The notes beneath the pieces are model-generated. The model searched no databases. It was not told the origin of the DNA and saw only the letters and a list, made by a program, of their open reading frames with translations. This document shows positions 25,591-38,659 of a stretch of 64,000 nucleotides of DNA, piece by piece. How positions within the stretch are numbered: the stretch's first letter is position 1; every line of letters begins with the position of its first letter. The stretch is from Convolutriloba macropyga. Its lineage: Eukaryota. Position numbers and translations under genes: made by a program. The DNA lies in the NCBI RefSeq assembly GCF_964194025.1, contig NC_134474.1, positions 16,802,001-16,866,000 of the forward strand. Direction: 5' to 3'.

Positions 25591-26561
25591 AAAAGCATAG
25601 CCCTGAGAGTTCAGAATACGAATAGAAATCGGCTTCGCCAATCAACTGGCCTACAATCTACTTCAGCTATATTCGCCAAAAACTAACAAAAAATTTGCTA
25701 AAAAACCAACAAAAAATTGGACAATTCAAGTATTTTTTAATAGACTACATGTAGACAAACTCAACTCTTGTTCCTTGCAATTACATACAAAACGGCCATG
25801 CAAAATTAGGCAGGCATTAATAAGTTCACAGATATCTCTTATTTCGAAAAAAAAATTAACAGAATTTCATTTTTTGAAAAATCTTTTAGGAAAAAACTTC
25901 TTTGTACGGCAAAAAAATTGTAATATTAACTGACAAGAATTAGCCCTCAATTCAATTAAAATAAATGCTTTAAAACAATTAAATGTACAAAAATTACTGA
26001 AATATCCTAGATCTGCAATTTAGCGTAAAACTACCTTTCATTACAAAACTGCTTTAAGAAAGCTTAAAAGAAACTGAATATTGCTACCTATTGTCAGAAA
26101 ATACCCACCACTGATTCCGACAACCCCGACTGCAATTCAAAGAACAAAAAAATTAAAGTAGAATTTCTCACAAAACAGACTGAACTTTTTTAAATATAAT
26201 TTCGTAGTTGGACATCCATTTTGGGTCATAAGAGGGTACAGGGTCTCGCATACAGGGTCTACCATCCTTAAATAAACTTTAAGGATGGTAAATAAGGCAT
26301 AGCAAAAAGTTCAATTATCGGGCATCTAAAACTGGGCTTGATGGGTTTATCGAGTTTCCATTTTTGCTTTGGTTTTCCGATACTGACTCTGTTGATTCAA
26401 GATTGTTTTGCTGAGCAGCTGCCGTTTAAAAGCACGCAGAGCAGAACGAGCGAAGAACAAAACTAGCCTAGAGGAGTCAAAATCATTTCACGCAAATTGT
26501 TTAACAATCTGTCTCTTGCGGTAAAGCAAAACAATTTTTAATTCGACGAGGAGTAAAAAAA

Positions 26562-29135
26562 ATAGCAGAACCATTCCTGAATTACAATTCGAAAAACTGA
26601 ACAAACTGAAGACAGGGCCATTAGCCTCTTTAAGAGAATAGCGCCCGATAATAAACAACTCATTTACCAAGACGCCGATGAAAGTAACAGTAAACTACCA
26701 AAATCTGAAAACGATTTGATTTCATTTCCCTTTCTGGAGAAAGGGTTATCAAACTTAGTATGTCCAGCAACATAAAAAACAAAGAGCTTCAGAGCTTTAC
26801 AAAATTTGAGTTTAGTCAGCAGACGCCAACTTTGTAAAAAGCACTGAGAGAAATTTAAACGACAACAAACATTTTGCAAAGATTTCGTAAGAAGTTTTTA
26901 CGATTTCAGAGAAAACAAAATGGCATTAAAGTCATTGGAACACGCAATTAAAACTTGAAATTTTTAACGTCCATCGCAATATGAAGAAAAGTAAACCCTA
27001 TATCAACTTCAATGATACCAAATGGTACAACCACGTAAAAAAGTAGCAACAATCAAAGTAGAAAAAGAATCTAATTTCTTTTTTAAAAAAGAATAATATA
27101 GTCAATAAAACTATTAACAATATACTGAAAACTTAACCTGCATTTAATAAAGACTAAGTAGCGATTAAATGAGAACTATCAACAATAAATACGCGACAGA
27201 ACAAAAAACAATAACAACAATGGGCGAAATCCAATCCAAAAATCAACAATTTCTTAAACAAATCTTGTCAAAGTCGTAAGAACAATTAAATAGACTTAGA
27301 CTCAAACTTGACTCATCAAAGAGCCTCCAGACCTGTTATTAGTGACACCACAACGAAAGCAACGAAGGGCAAAGTCAAAGTCGTGAAAACCTTTAGTTAT
27401 GAATGAGATCATAGAAATCAGAAATTGATCAAAATGAGACTGATAAAAGCACCAAAAAATGCTTTCCTGAATAAATTAAGTGGCAGAAGAATGAAAAGAA
27501 AAGAGTGAATAATCCAAAAACAATGATGATAGCTCGTGAAAACTAGTATTGCCAAAATTGTTAAACAGTTAGACTTCAATTCAAGTCAGTAAAAAAACCA
27601 AAATATACCTCAATAGAGCAATTGAGAACTATCATTAATGACAGTAAATATTAACAGCAAAACTACAAAAAACAGGTAAAAGCCAACAATCACTTCTATT
27701 TCATGAAGACAAAAAGCGATTGTCGCCTTTTAGGGTGTTTAAACAACTGCAGCTGCGTGTTTTTGGATCACACTTATCACGTTGCAAAAGCATTCGTCAG
27801 AAAATGAAAAAAGCACCAAAAACAGGAGTCAAATTGCCGCACGTGAAAGAAAGCTTTCAAAAACCAAAAATTGGTTTCAACATTAATTATTCACTTTTGT
27901 TAAAGCACTTTGAAAACATTCCACTTACAAATACACACTTTTCGCTCCTCTAACTATCAGGATGATTAAAATCACTAGTCAGATTTGATCTCATTGACAA
28001 GACAAGGTGAAAAAATGTAACAGATCTCACAACCACCGGACGCATTCCAGAAAAAAACTCGAAATACAGAACTGAACATCCTCCCTCACTGATCTGATGC
28101 ATCACCTACCTGATAAACACTCATTTTACAACAACAAAAAGTTACGTCAGAAAAATAACTGACAAAAACTAGAAAGCATCTGATCAAACTGACCTTGAGT
28201 TGCGACGACAGTTGATAACGAAGCACAGAATCGTAAAGTATCCTCTAAAAAAATGCAATAAAAATCTCAACAAAACGATTAAGCGCAACTTTCCAACCAT
28301 TATTCAGAGAGAAATTTTAATTACATCTTCTGCTAAATAAGTCCAAGTCACCCACACACAATTTGCCTAGAAAATTTAAAAAATAAATTAAGCAAGGAAC
28401 AAAGAACCTGATAAAAAGAAAATTATATAATTGATTTCAGAGAGAAATTCCCTGCCTAGCTATCAAGTGTCACTTCACAGTAACAACACCTATATAAATG
28501 CTCTTAATTAAGAATTGATAAAGAAAATCGACAGCAAAAACCCTAGAATCAGAAAAAAACAGGCAAAAAACTTAAAAGGAAAAATTGGCGAAAATGTGCT
28601 CCAATTTACTCGATTTTCGTCATCAAAAACATCTCGAAGTTAACGTCAATCACATTGAAAAACCAAAAGTGCTGGATCAACCAATTTTAACCACAAAAAC
28701 TCCCCAAATGCAACAACAAGGCAAAAAGCTAAACACAGCTGAAAAAAAGACACCAAAAAGTGTAAACGAACGTCAAAAAGCTTCGAAACGCGCTATTACC
28801 AGTTTAGATAATGGAGAAAAACAGCTGACTAAAAAATTGAAGCTAAAACTAAAAAAATTCTCTTAACAAGCCGCATGTGATAAAACAATTTCGCTCTCCT
28901 AGTGAAAATTTTTCACACCTACTTCTCGCGCTCTCTCTCAAATAAGCGACAAGAACAGAAAACAACTCTCTCATCTCTTCACCAACTTTATCTGAACACT
29001 TTGCTTATACGCATTTCAGTTCCTGTTTCAAATAAACTTGAATAATATTACCGGTCAAAAAAAGACGTACCACCAATACTCTTCGAGTCGTAAAAAAGAC
29101 AGCACCCAAATACAATTCAAATTCTTTGAATTGTA
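26562..29135 (-). mobile_element. HINE-like family C element with a nested family A copy (~28030-29091)
   Basis: Degenerate family C head ATAGCAGAACCATTCCTGAATTACAATTCG. Stacked ends CTCTTCGAGTCGTA (A) then TACAATTCAAATTCTTTGAATTGTA (C). The head-to-end pairing is inferred. Confidence 0.5.
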
Positions 29136-29573
29136 ATAGGGCCGCTATAATAGCTGGCTGAGAACATGAGAGCGGCTATTAGTAACTATTAATAAAGCTG
29201 CACTTTATCAATAAAATTCTCTCGCTTCCAGAAAATTTTTCTAGCTTTATTTTGTGCACTCTTTCGTACTCTCTGCTCTTCGAATCTATTCACGAAAACA
29301 ACTTTTTAAAGCACTATTCACGGTATTTCCCATGTTTTTTTAGATTACCTATAAAAAAACAAACCGTAACGCCTCTTCGAGTCGTAAAAAACCAAGAGAC
29401 TCAGCTATCGCTGCTTATAAAAACAATTAAACTCTTGGGCATTCTCAATTGATTCATTACACTACTTAATTTTAGAAAAATATTTTGTACAAAAATATAT
29501 TTTACATTGTCAACTAGGTTGCAATATCAATTTTTTGACATTGTTCGTGAAACAAGATATCAGGTTAGACATT

Positions 29574-30607
29574 TCAACAAGCAGCAGTTTTCAAACGTCT
29601 GCTTTTTTCTTGTTCCATTTTTACAGCATTCCATAAACTTCTGATATTATTTTCTCCAAACCCACGAATAGAACCAATTCTCTGAATTACTTCCAGGAAA
29701 AATGTGCGTTCATTTGGAAAAATAGGTTCTGTAAACACTTGCAGCAAATAACTGGGCTCATCAGAAGTGTCATCATAGTCAAGTAACAAACTATTTTGTT
29801 CAAGCTGGTCAGGACAAAAGTTCAAACTCTCTACATAATTTCTCCATTGGGCATCTTTGTAATATTGTTTAGGCACGTTCAAAAACTTCACACCCCGTAA
29901 TTTCAAGTCTTCGCAAGTAGAGACAATATCGTCCGTATGCAATGATATATGTTGAACCCCTGAATGGTTGCCATTATTTCGAATAAACTCGCATATTTGG
30001 TTGCTTCCCTGAGGGTTTAGAGAATCAGCTAGGATAATTTTGGTTTTCAAATTGTGCTCATGAAGGGCGAGTTCTGAACACTTTGTAAAATCCATGGCTT
30101 TCAATCGAATCCCTTCACCTTCACTAGCTTCCACGCGCATACCGGAAGACTCTGTTTCCTTAGAGGAAATCAAAACGCGGTCAAAACCGAGCTTTTCAGT
30201 GTGAAAACTTACAAAACTGTCTAACTTTTCATGTTCAATGGCCAGCAAAATGTGATCTAAATTCGTAAAATGTGAAAACTTTGATGATGTCATTTTTGAA
30301 GAAAGTTCTAGAAGCTTTTGATCAATTTCAGAGTAAACGTAAGACAACCCTTCGCATGGCGTGTTGACTAAACTGAACGCATTATCAAAATGAGGTTTCC
30401 AACGAATCAGTTTGTCGTGGTGAAATCTTTTGCAGTAGTTTGTTTTTACTGTGAATGAAATATTGACAACAGAGTTACATCTACCATAACAGAAACTGTT
30501 TGAGTTGCCATTGGGCTCTGTTTCATTATTTGACTGAAGGGGCATTGCGTACAAATCTGACAAAATGAACTCTTTGTTGTGACCATTGTTGTGATTACTT
30601 GATTGAC
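29574..30607 (-). CDS. HPDL: 4-hydroxyphenylpyruvate dioxygenase-like protein, exon 2
   Basis: Metal-ligand motifs LDHILLA, GVQHISL and TFFLEVIQR. YLLQVFT and the C-terminal GFGENNIRSLW are of the HPDL type rather than the HPD 'NF.SLF' type. Acceptor TGTTTTAG|GT at 30608 (phase 1). Confidence 0.9.
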
Positions 30608-31499
30608 CTAAAACAGATTCACACTTGTCCACTCCCTCGAGTGCCATTTATAGCCAGCTTCAATTACTATTTTTAATGGTAATGACGGGAAAATATAGCC
30701 CTCACAATAAGCTGGTTATTTATAATAGCGTGGCATTTATTGAGAACAAGTGTTAGGATTAATACTTTTCATTCTCAGAATTCCCCGGCGGCTTCCCCTC
30801 AATTTTTGAAGTGATGGCTCTTACAATGAGCCTTATTTTGTTCAAATAAAATCTGAACAGAATAAGCGTATAAACAGAAACCGACGAACGTCGAACAAAT
30901 TGCTTTAAAAAAGGCGGGAAATTTAATTCAGAGGGGGGCTGTACACAAGACATTTCATGGGTGTCGAAAATTCCGACAAGGAGGTGCTCGAAACTTCGAC
31001 CCTCGGCGTAGTGGAAAAAATTATTAGCATCTCTGCTACGATGGCCTTGTGATATTCTATCCTACAATCGCTTTTACTTTAGCTGCAGATAAGCGCAGTT
31101 CAGGTCACGCAAAAATTAAGAAGTATATTGTGAAAAGGTCATTCGAGAAGTGAAATCAAAGAATATTTGGATCGTTTCAGCTGGCCCTCCCCCACCCCTC
31201 AGTAAATTAGGCAACCCCTCCCCCCATTTGTATATGTTCAAACATTATGCATGCATTTGGATGATTAGTATGAATACGTGTGAATGAGCATTCAGAAAAT
31301 ACTAAAAAAAGAACACTGAGTTCAATCCATTATTGCTGTGCAAAAACAAATAAGTAGATTGCGCAAAACAAAATGACAGTGAAAAGTATCAATAATAATA
31401 GCAATGTCATTGCTGAAAAAAAATTTATTCGAATTGGAACCCAAGAAAAGTTAGTTTTTAAACCTTACATGTTTCCAAGAAAAACAATCCGATAACTGC

Positions 31500-32975
31500 A
31501 TGCAAGGGTCTCCTTTAAATTCCTCAAAAATATGATTAAAGATTTGTTTTTTGAACTTTTTTAATTTTCGTTTTTCTTAAGAGACAAGGTAAAGAATTCC
31601 AGTCCTGTAAAGCTTTTCTAACGAATGAATTTTCTAGTTTTGAGCTCTTGAATTTATAGCCCCATTACTCGAGTCCAGTTCTTTCATTTTTGTTAAGTTT
31701 CCAGGTTTTAAGTTCATGGCCCCTGCTTTTATCAAATGCTGGTAGTTAGTTGTTTTTAATCTTCCAGATGTAATTAATTCGCTTTAATTTCAAAAAAAAA
31801 ATGCATAGGTAGAATTTTATGCTTTAGTTTCAGATCTCTAGATGAATCAAACTTTTTCCTAAAGAAGCTAGCTTTAACTGCCCAATCAAGTTGTCAGTCC
31901 AGTGTTAGAACAAGATTTTGGTTGATAGACTGAATGATAGTTGCTGAATAATGTATGTGACTCAACACTAATGCGTTGAGAATGAGTTTTTTCATATTGT
32001 CTGGAATTACTCTTCTTATTGTATAAATAGTCTTAATACCGGCAGCCACTTTTTTAGTATGTGTTTTGCTTCTTCTTGGATAGTTCATAATCTATCAATG
32101 TGGACGCCTAAGTATTTGATCGCCTCTTTTTCATCAATGACTACATTGTCAACAACCATTTGTGTATTGGCAGTTCGTTTTGTTTTGCTAAAACTATGAA
32201 CTCTGTTTTAGAGGCATTGAGACTTAACTCATTTGATTGGAAAAAGGTAATTAACTTTTGTTATTTCCATTTCTATATTTTATTGCCATCTTCGATTGAG
32301 GTATTGGATGTGAGAACGATGTTGTCATCTGCATATTGAATAAGCTCTGTTTCGTTGTCAAGGTATTTATGCATGTCATTTATGTATAAATTGAACAGCA
32401 GTGGACCAAGGACCGTTCCTTGAGGAACTCCTCTTGTGAGTTCAACTGGATCCGATAGAATGTTTTGTATTTTTACTTGCTGCTCGCGATGAGAAAGAAA
32501 ATTTTTGATTAATAGCCTAGACGATGTATTAAAACTTAACATATCTAATTTTTTTTTCATCAAGAATTTTGTGCTTTATAGAGTCAAAAGCCTTGGATAA
32601 ATCCAGTGGGGCAGCAGATACATATTTACTTTTATCAGTTTCTGATCGTATAAACTTAGTACAGTACGTGATTGCATCTGTGGTTGAAAATCTTTCTAAA
32701 TCCATATTGCGTTTTGGTGATCAGCTTTTCACTCCATATATAATCTACAATTTGGTCTCTGAGAAGAGATTCAAAATTTTTTGATATACATGGTGTGAGT
32801 GAAATTGGTCTGTAGTTGTCTGGATTCTCTGAGTCTCCTTTTTTGAAAGAAGGTATAACAATGGCTTTCTTTAAAGATTTTGGAAAACTTAGTTCTTTGA
32901 TGGATTGATTTATTATGAATGACAGATGTGGAACAAGTTCCGACGCTGCATCTTTAAGTGCCCATGCTGGTATGC
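31500..32975 (-). mobile_element. Decayed 5'-truncated non-LTR retrotransposon (CR1/L2/Jockey-type RT) inside the HPDL intron
   Basis: Frameshifted RT motifs IPAWALKD, NYRPISLTP, SKAFDS, GVPQGTVLGPLLFNLYIND, LIQYADD, KYLGVHID, LVLSHIHYS and DWNSLP. Confidence 0.92.
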
Positions 32976-33887
32976 GGAGTTAAATACTAGTAGAGCGGAG
33001 GTTTGAAATTAATGTGTATAGCAATACGTCAATGCATATAACGTTAACATTAATAAAAAATTTGTTCGTATTACATTTTTAGGAATTACGTATTTATAAA
33101 GGCGTCTACTACTAAGATTTTTGCCTAAAATGTAGCAAATGTGGTTGTTGATATATTGATTGTACCATATGTAACTATGAAATGACCTTTTCAGAAAGGA
33201 GCAAAAAATGAAAGGACCAAAAGAAAAGATCCGAATGTTTTAGAACCGGTGAAGCGCAAATTTTGCATGAAGACACAGGCATTTACAATAATTGCTCTAC
33301 ACTTCGTTCGAAAGCAATGAAAAGCTACATGAGTAGAAAAATTGCTTAATCCAAAAATCGCCTGTAAAAGACAGAACACGACTAATACAATTGCTACAAG
33401 ATTCCTTCGAGAACAAAACTTCAAAAGACGCAGCCTTTCTCAAAATTAAGAACAAAAAGAATCAACATGCGAAATTGCTGAGCCTACATACTTGAAAGGA
33501 ATTAAGGATTTGTCACTTTATTTTCAAAAAGCACCTGAATTCCCACGTCAGGTATAAGATAACATGGCAGTGGGAGTGAGTAAGCAATGATATAATTGAT
33601 AGTTATTAAAGCCCCTATTTGTGCCCCTCCCTCACCTTACGAACCCCCCGTAACGGAGCACATTCCATTACATAGTAAATCATTATGTAGTACGTTAGTT
33701 AAGATATGGCACGTCCATCTGGGGATTGCAAATAATATCATAATAGATACGTAGTTGCAAATCAAAATGCTAGATTATTGAAATTATTTAAAACTTTTTT
33801 TTGCTTATTAATGCTGATAATTCTGAACCACAGTCATAGTTAAACAATACAACATGACCCTAAATTAGCCATGCGTATCAAACTTAC

Positions 33888-34053
33888 TGATCACAAACTG
33901 GGATGGCCCACATCCGTAAGCTGTGTGCACTCCGTTAGACGTGCTCTTGCTCCACAACTCGGGTAGTCTGAACTGCTTTGCAAACACATTGCTCAGATAG
34001 GAGTGACAATCCGTCAGAATGTTCACATGTTTTAAGTAGCCACCAACAGACAT
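33888..34053 (-). CDS. HPDL: HPDL first coding exon (spliced product 399 aa)
   Basis: MSVGGYLKHVNILT...FAKQFRLPELWSKSTSNGVHTAYGCGPSQFVI resembles the first VOC module of HPPD/HPDL. The consensus donor A|GTAAGT at 33887 is phase 1 and joins exon 2 in frame (A+GT = Ser). Confidence 0.8.
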
Positions 34054-34345
34054 CTGAAAATATCTCAATTGACATGCTCAAAAACATTTACTTAAAATTT
34101 CAATTCATATTTTTCCGATACAAAGCATCGGAGAGGACATCATACAATCACTCGGCCGCTCTTATAATGTTTCCCAGTTTCAAAGCGCGATATCATTACA
34201 GGAGTTAATAAAACCGACAAAAATGTCTGAAGAAAGTAATCGTCGCAAGATTAAAAAAATGGGTACTTAAGGGTAGTTAACTTATCACAAAGCCGTTTCC
34301 CGATGGACCGTAAGAAAACCGCGAGCGAGTTCAGAAAAAATCATT

Positions 34346-34348
<3 letters not shown>

Positions 34349-34404
<56 letters not shown>
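34349..34404. repeat. (AT)28 microsatellite
   Basis: 56-bp perfect AT dinucleotide run. Confidence 0.98.
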
Positions 34405-34408
<4 letters not shown>

Positions 34409-34598
34409 ATATCCCGTCTCTTTTGATTTTGCTCTTTTGACCTTGACTGTATTCACTATCTTGCGTAATTCATTGAGTGAACGGATTTAAAAACCATTCA
34501 GTTGAAACAGTGAGTGAGGTAAAACAGAAGTAAAACGTGAAAGTCGTGACTTATGTAAAACGAAAAACGTGATCAAAAGGTAAAGCGAATTAAAAAAA

Positions 34599-36045
34599 CA
34601 TAGCAGGACAAGTCTTGAAATACAATCCAAAGACTTGAATGAAAACTTACAAGTACTCTCCCTGAACAGCAGATCAAATGAATAATGCCAGCCAAAACAC
34701 ACACAAAATTATCTCGAAAAGTTGAGAAACTAAAACAAACAAACTAATCAAAAATATACTCATTGCTAAACCTCTTGGAGCATTTATCCCGAAGGCAAAA
34801 TTTGCTCCCTTTAATTATACCTCTTTCAAAAGTACGTTCAAAACCATTTTTTTCACTGAAATCTTTTCAGTATTATATCTGGAAGACCTGAAAAAATTCA
34901 TTGGCCCTTAAAGATTGAGTAACTCAGAAAATGGCAGAAAAATTCAAAAAAAAAAAAAAAAATGAAATCAATCGCAAATTTTAAAGATATGTTGCTGAAA
35001 ATCGTGATATTCATATCTTCAGAACCATTTATCTGTCTTTAGAGGCTATCCAGTAACCCAATTCCAACCCTTAAACAATACATTGGCTAATAACGATCGA
35101 AAAACCAGGTGAAGGACAAAAATTTTTAGAAAAAATTTCAAATCTTATCAAAAAATACTAATTTTGTTTGTACTATTGAAACAACGAAAGCCATTCGATT
35201 ACCCCTAGCAACTATGTAATAACATACTATCACACCCTGGAGGAAGTTGCCTGGATACTGAAGCGAGAAAAACTGAATAAAAAATGTTCTCCAGAAACTA
35301 GAAAAAAATGCAAACTTTATCAAAATATTTCTAAAATTGGAAAAATTAAATTGTTGGACACAATTCCATTGACACTAACAACCATGGAATAACATCAGAA
35401 CGTGCAATAGGTTTTTGGCTCTTGAGGCTGCACAATAATCAAAAATTGACAAAAATTTTAGGAAAACTTAAAAGATTTTCTCAAAAAAAATAACGAAATT
35501 CGTGATATTCAAATGATGAAAACCACTCTAATGTTACTACAAACAAAGCCGTGCTTTATTATCAAACCCTAAAGGAGATTCTCTGGACCCTGAGGCTAGA
35601 AAAACTAAAAAATAACAAAAGTTTTTAAAATGGCAAAAATTAGTATCATTTTACGTGTGTGTTTGTAGTACCAATATATATAGCTCATAAAATGGTCAAA
35701 ACAAAGTAACTTCTGATATGACCTTCATCAACTTTTAAAACCTCAACCTAAGACTAATCAAACAAAAACCTCAAAAAATCACAAAAACATGAAAATTGCA
35801 CCATTTTGAGCTCAAAAACTCCTAAAAATGAACTTTTAACCTTAAATTAAGGCCATCCCAGCAGCTGCCACCACTCAAAGCACTTAAAAGACTACTAAAG
35901 CCCACCTTGGACCTTAATGAAACTTAATGCCCACTGGGCTTTACCTGTTTATCTCGTTTTGAAAGATCAAAGTCAATGAAAAATGTGTGAACAGATCTTG
36001 AAAAAAAAACAGCGCCCCAATACAATTCAAATTCTTTGAATTGTA
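34599..36045 (-). mobile_element. HINE-like element, family C (~1.45 kb)
   Basis: Head CATAG-CAGGACAAGTCTTG-AAATACAATCCAAAG and end CAGCGCCCCAATACAATTCAAATTCTTTGAATTGTA. Paralog of 20631-21996. Confidence 0.8.
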
Positions 36046-36724
36046 AAAAAAGGGAGCGCCTACATAATAGCCGTTTGAGAAACTGACGGCTGCTATTAAT
36101 AAAAAAATTGCCTAATTGATGAAAAAAAGCCTAAGTTGAAAATGCCTCACTAACAATGCCTAAGTTGATGAAAAAAAGGAAATTCCGGTTTCACAGAATT
36201 GCTCTTCTCCTGAAATTAAATTTTTCCTCAGATGGTTAATTGCATGTAATGGGCAGCAGGTTATCAGTAGTTAAAACGCATTTGTAAAAAGCAAATTCAT
36301 GACAAAACCAAAATAACCTCACTTTCAGCTTCTTTTTTTTGGAATTTATGAATATCGTTGAATACAATTTCCTAAGTAACAAAAACGAAACCTGCACGAT
36401 ATTGATACAATATGCCTTCCATTCACTCCTCATTTCTGTACAAAAAAGCATGATTACTTAATTAGAAGATTTATAATGAAAAACAGCGAAATGTGGTATT
36501 CTGGTTAGGACATCCCATTCTGAAGATGTCAACAAAATGAATGGGACTTGATCAAAATAACCAACCAGCGTCGGCCGAATTGTTTTCAAATGACTGGTAA
36601 GCAGTTGGCTTTGTTAGTAGCTAGCAGCTCGGCTTACGCAGTCCAGCTTTAGTTTAACTGAGAGTGTGGGGTGAACATGAGTGTGTTTCTTAAACAGAAT
36701 TGCTGAATCGTCTCAGACTAGTGA

Positions 36725-38585
36725 GCAATAGGGTTCTATGAGAACTCAATTCCCTCTGGGCTTTACTCTTTAATCCCGTTTAGGAGCACGAAAAGTCAAC
36801 AGGGTCAGAAAAAATCATTGAAGCGAAGAATAGCCTAGAACAGACCGCAAGAGCTATTATAATTGCTACAAACTTCCTCCGACAGCAATTAATTAGAACC
36901 TTTTTCATCTTAAAAAAATGTAGTTGCAGAGGCATCAGGCAGACTCAACATTGATACGAAAACAATTTTCTTATGACAACAGGGTTTTCTTTCACTCTGG
37001 CTTTAAAATTTGTTCAAAAAATTAATAATCTCTAAAAAAAACGCCTAGAAAAAGGTGCCTGCCTTATTCAAAAGCTAAATGCTTGTAAACTTTAAAAAAA
37101 TGAAAACGTGAAAAAATTAAAAACGATTTTAATCTTCAGACATCCTCCTTTCAAAAAATTATTTGAAACCTCTCTCCGTACGCCTATCAGAACATAAAGC
37201 AGTTTAGCTGAGTTTCCTGCAAACATACCAAAGGCATGAGCATAAATGAAAAACGCTCCGTAATTTTACTTTGTACAAAATGTGGAAAATAATGCCCGAT
37301 ACTTTTACTGACCGTTCTTCGTGCTAATGTTTGAAAAAAAATACAGAAAGTTAATTTACAAAGTTTAAAACGATAAAATTGTTAGTAAAATATGTTAAAT
37401 AAAAATCACAAATTTCTCATTTCAATGCTCATTCATTGCCCCTATAATTCAGGCTTTACAGTGTTAAACTACTGCTACTGTTACGTGATTAATCGTAGAG
37501 ACTAACTTATGTGCTACAAGTTCAATTAAGTTTTTCGATATAAAAAGAGCTTTCGAAACAACATTATGCAATTCTATATATCGTTTTTTTAGTTCACCAT
37601 AGGACCGAATTTTTCAAAAATTTTAAGATCCAAAAATTAAAGATACATTGAGCACATTATTGGATACAACAAATCTTCCAAAATCATAGAATCGATAAGC
37701 AATAAGGTTCTAAGAGAACTCAATTCCCTCTGGGTTTTACCTTTTGATAACGTTTCGGAGTACGAAAAGTCAACGGGGTCAGAAAAAACCATTGAAGCGA
37801 AGAATAGCCTAGAACAGACCGCAAGAGCTATAATTGCTACAAATTTCCTCTGGAAGCAATTAATTATTAACTTTTTCCTTCTAAAGAAATGTAGCTGCAG
37901 AGGCATCAGGCGAGAAAGCCAGACTCAAAACTGCAACAAAAACAATTTTCTTGTGACAACAGGGTTTTCTTTCACTTTTTAATTTTTTTTTGAAAATTAA
38001 GAATCTCTAAAAAAAGAACGCCTAGAAAAAGGCGCTTGCCTTATTCAAAAGCTAAATGCTGGTAAACTTAAAAAAATGAACGTTAAAAAATTCAAACAAT
38101 TTTAATCTTCAGACATCCCCCTTTCTTCAAAAAATTATTTGAAATCTCTCTTCGTACGCCTATCAGAACATAAAGCAGCTTAGCTGATTTTCCTGCAAAC
38201 ATACTAAAGGCATGAGGATAAATGCAAAACGCTCGCTCCGTAAATTTACTTTTAAAAAATGTGGAAAATAAAGCCAGATACTTCAACTGACCGCTCTTCC
38301 TACGTTACAAGGTTTAAAACAATAAAACTGTTAGTACAATTATTCATTGCCCCTTTAGTTCAGCTTTTATTGTTTTAAACTACTACTTCTGCAAATGGAT
38401 TAATCGTAGAGACTAATTTATGTGCTTCTTAATTTTTTGATATAAAGGAGCTTTCGAACAAACATTATCCAACTCTATATCGTTTTTTATTGAGTTTACC
38501 ATTGCAAGTAACTTCTCAAAATTTTTACGAACTAAATTAAAGATACATTGAGCACATTATTGGATACAACAAATCTTCCAAACTC
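36725..38585. repeat. Tandem duplication, ~0.9-0.98 kb unit
   Basis: GAGAACTCAATTCCCTCTGGG at ~36740 and ~37714. AAATTAAAGATACATTGAGCACATTATTGGATACAACAAATCTTCC at ~37634 and ~38534. Confidence 0.92.
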
Positions 38586-38659
38586 CAATGATTTAAAATC
38601 CGGTTACATATAATTAAAGATTGTAAGGAAAAAACACTTATTTTAAAACAGATCTGAGC

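Noticed and set aside
30608-30647. ORF-track N-terminus MALEGVDKCESVL for HPDL
   Set aside because: It lies upstream of a good acceptor that joins in frame to a better N-terminal exon at 33888-34053.
34223-34270. Possible + strand first exon MSEESNRRKIKKM divergent from HPDL
   Set aside because: The donor is weak (GTACTT), no downstream exon was identified, and the downstream DNA is A-rich repeat.
300-36105. CRISPR array or integron cassette interpretation of the recurring palindromic motifs
   Set aside because: The context is eukaryotic with spliceosomal introns, spacing is irregular at kb scale, the intervening DNA is repetitive, and there is no cas or integrase gene.
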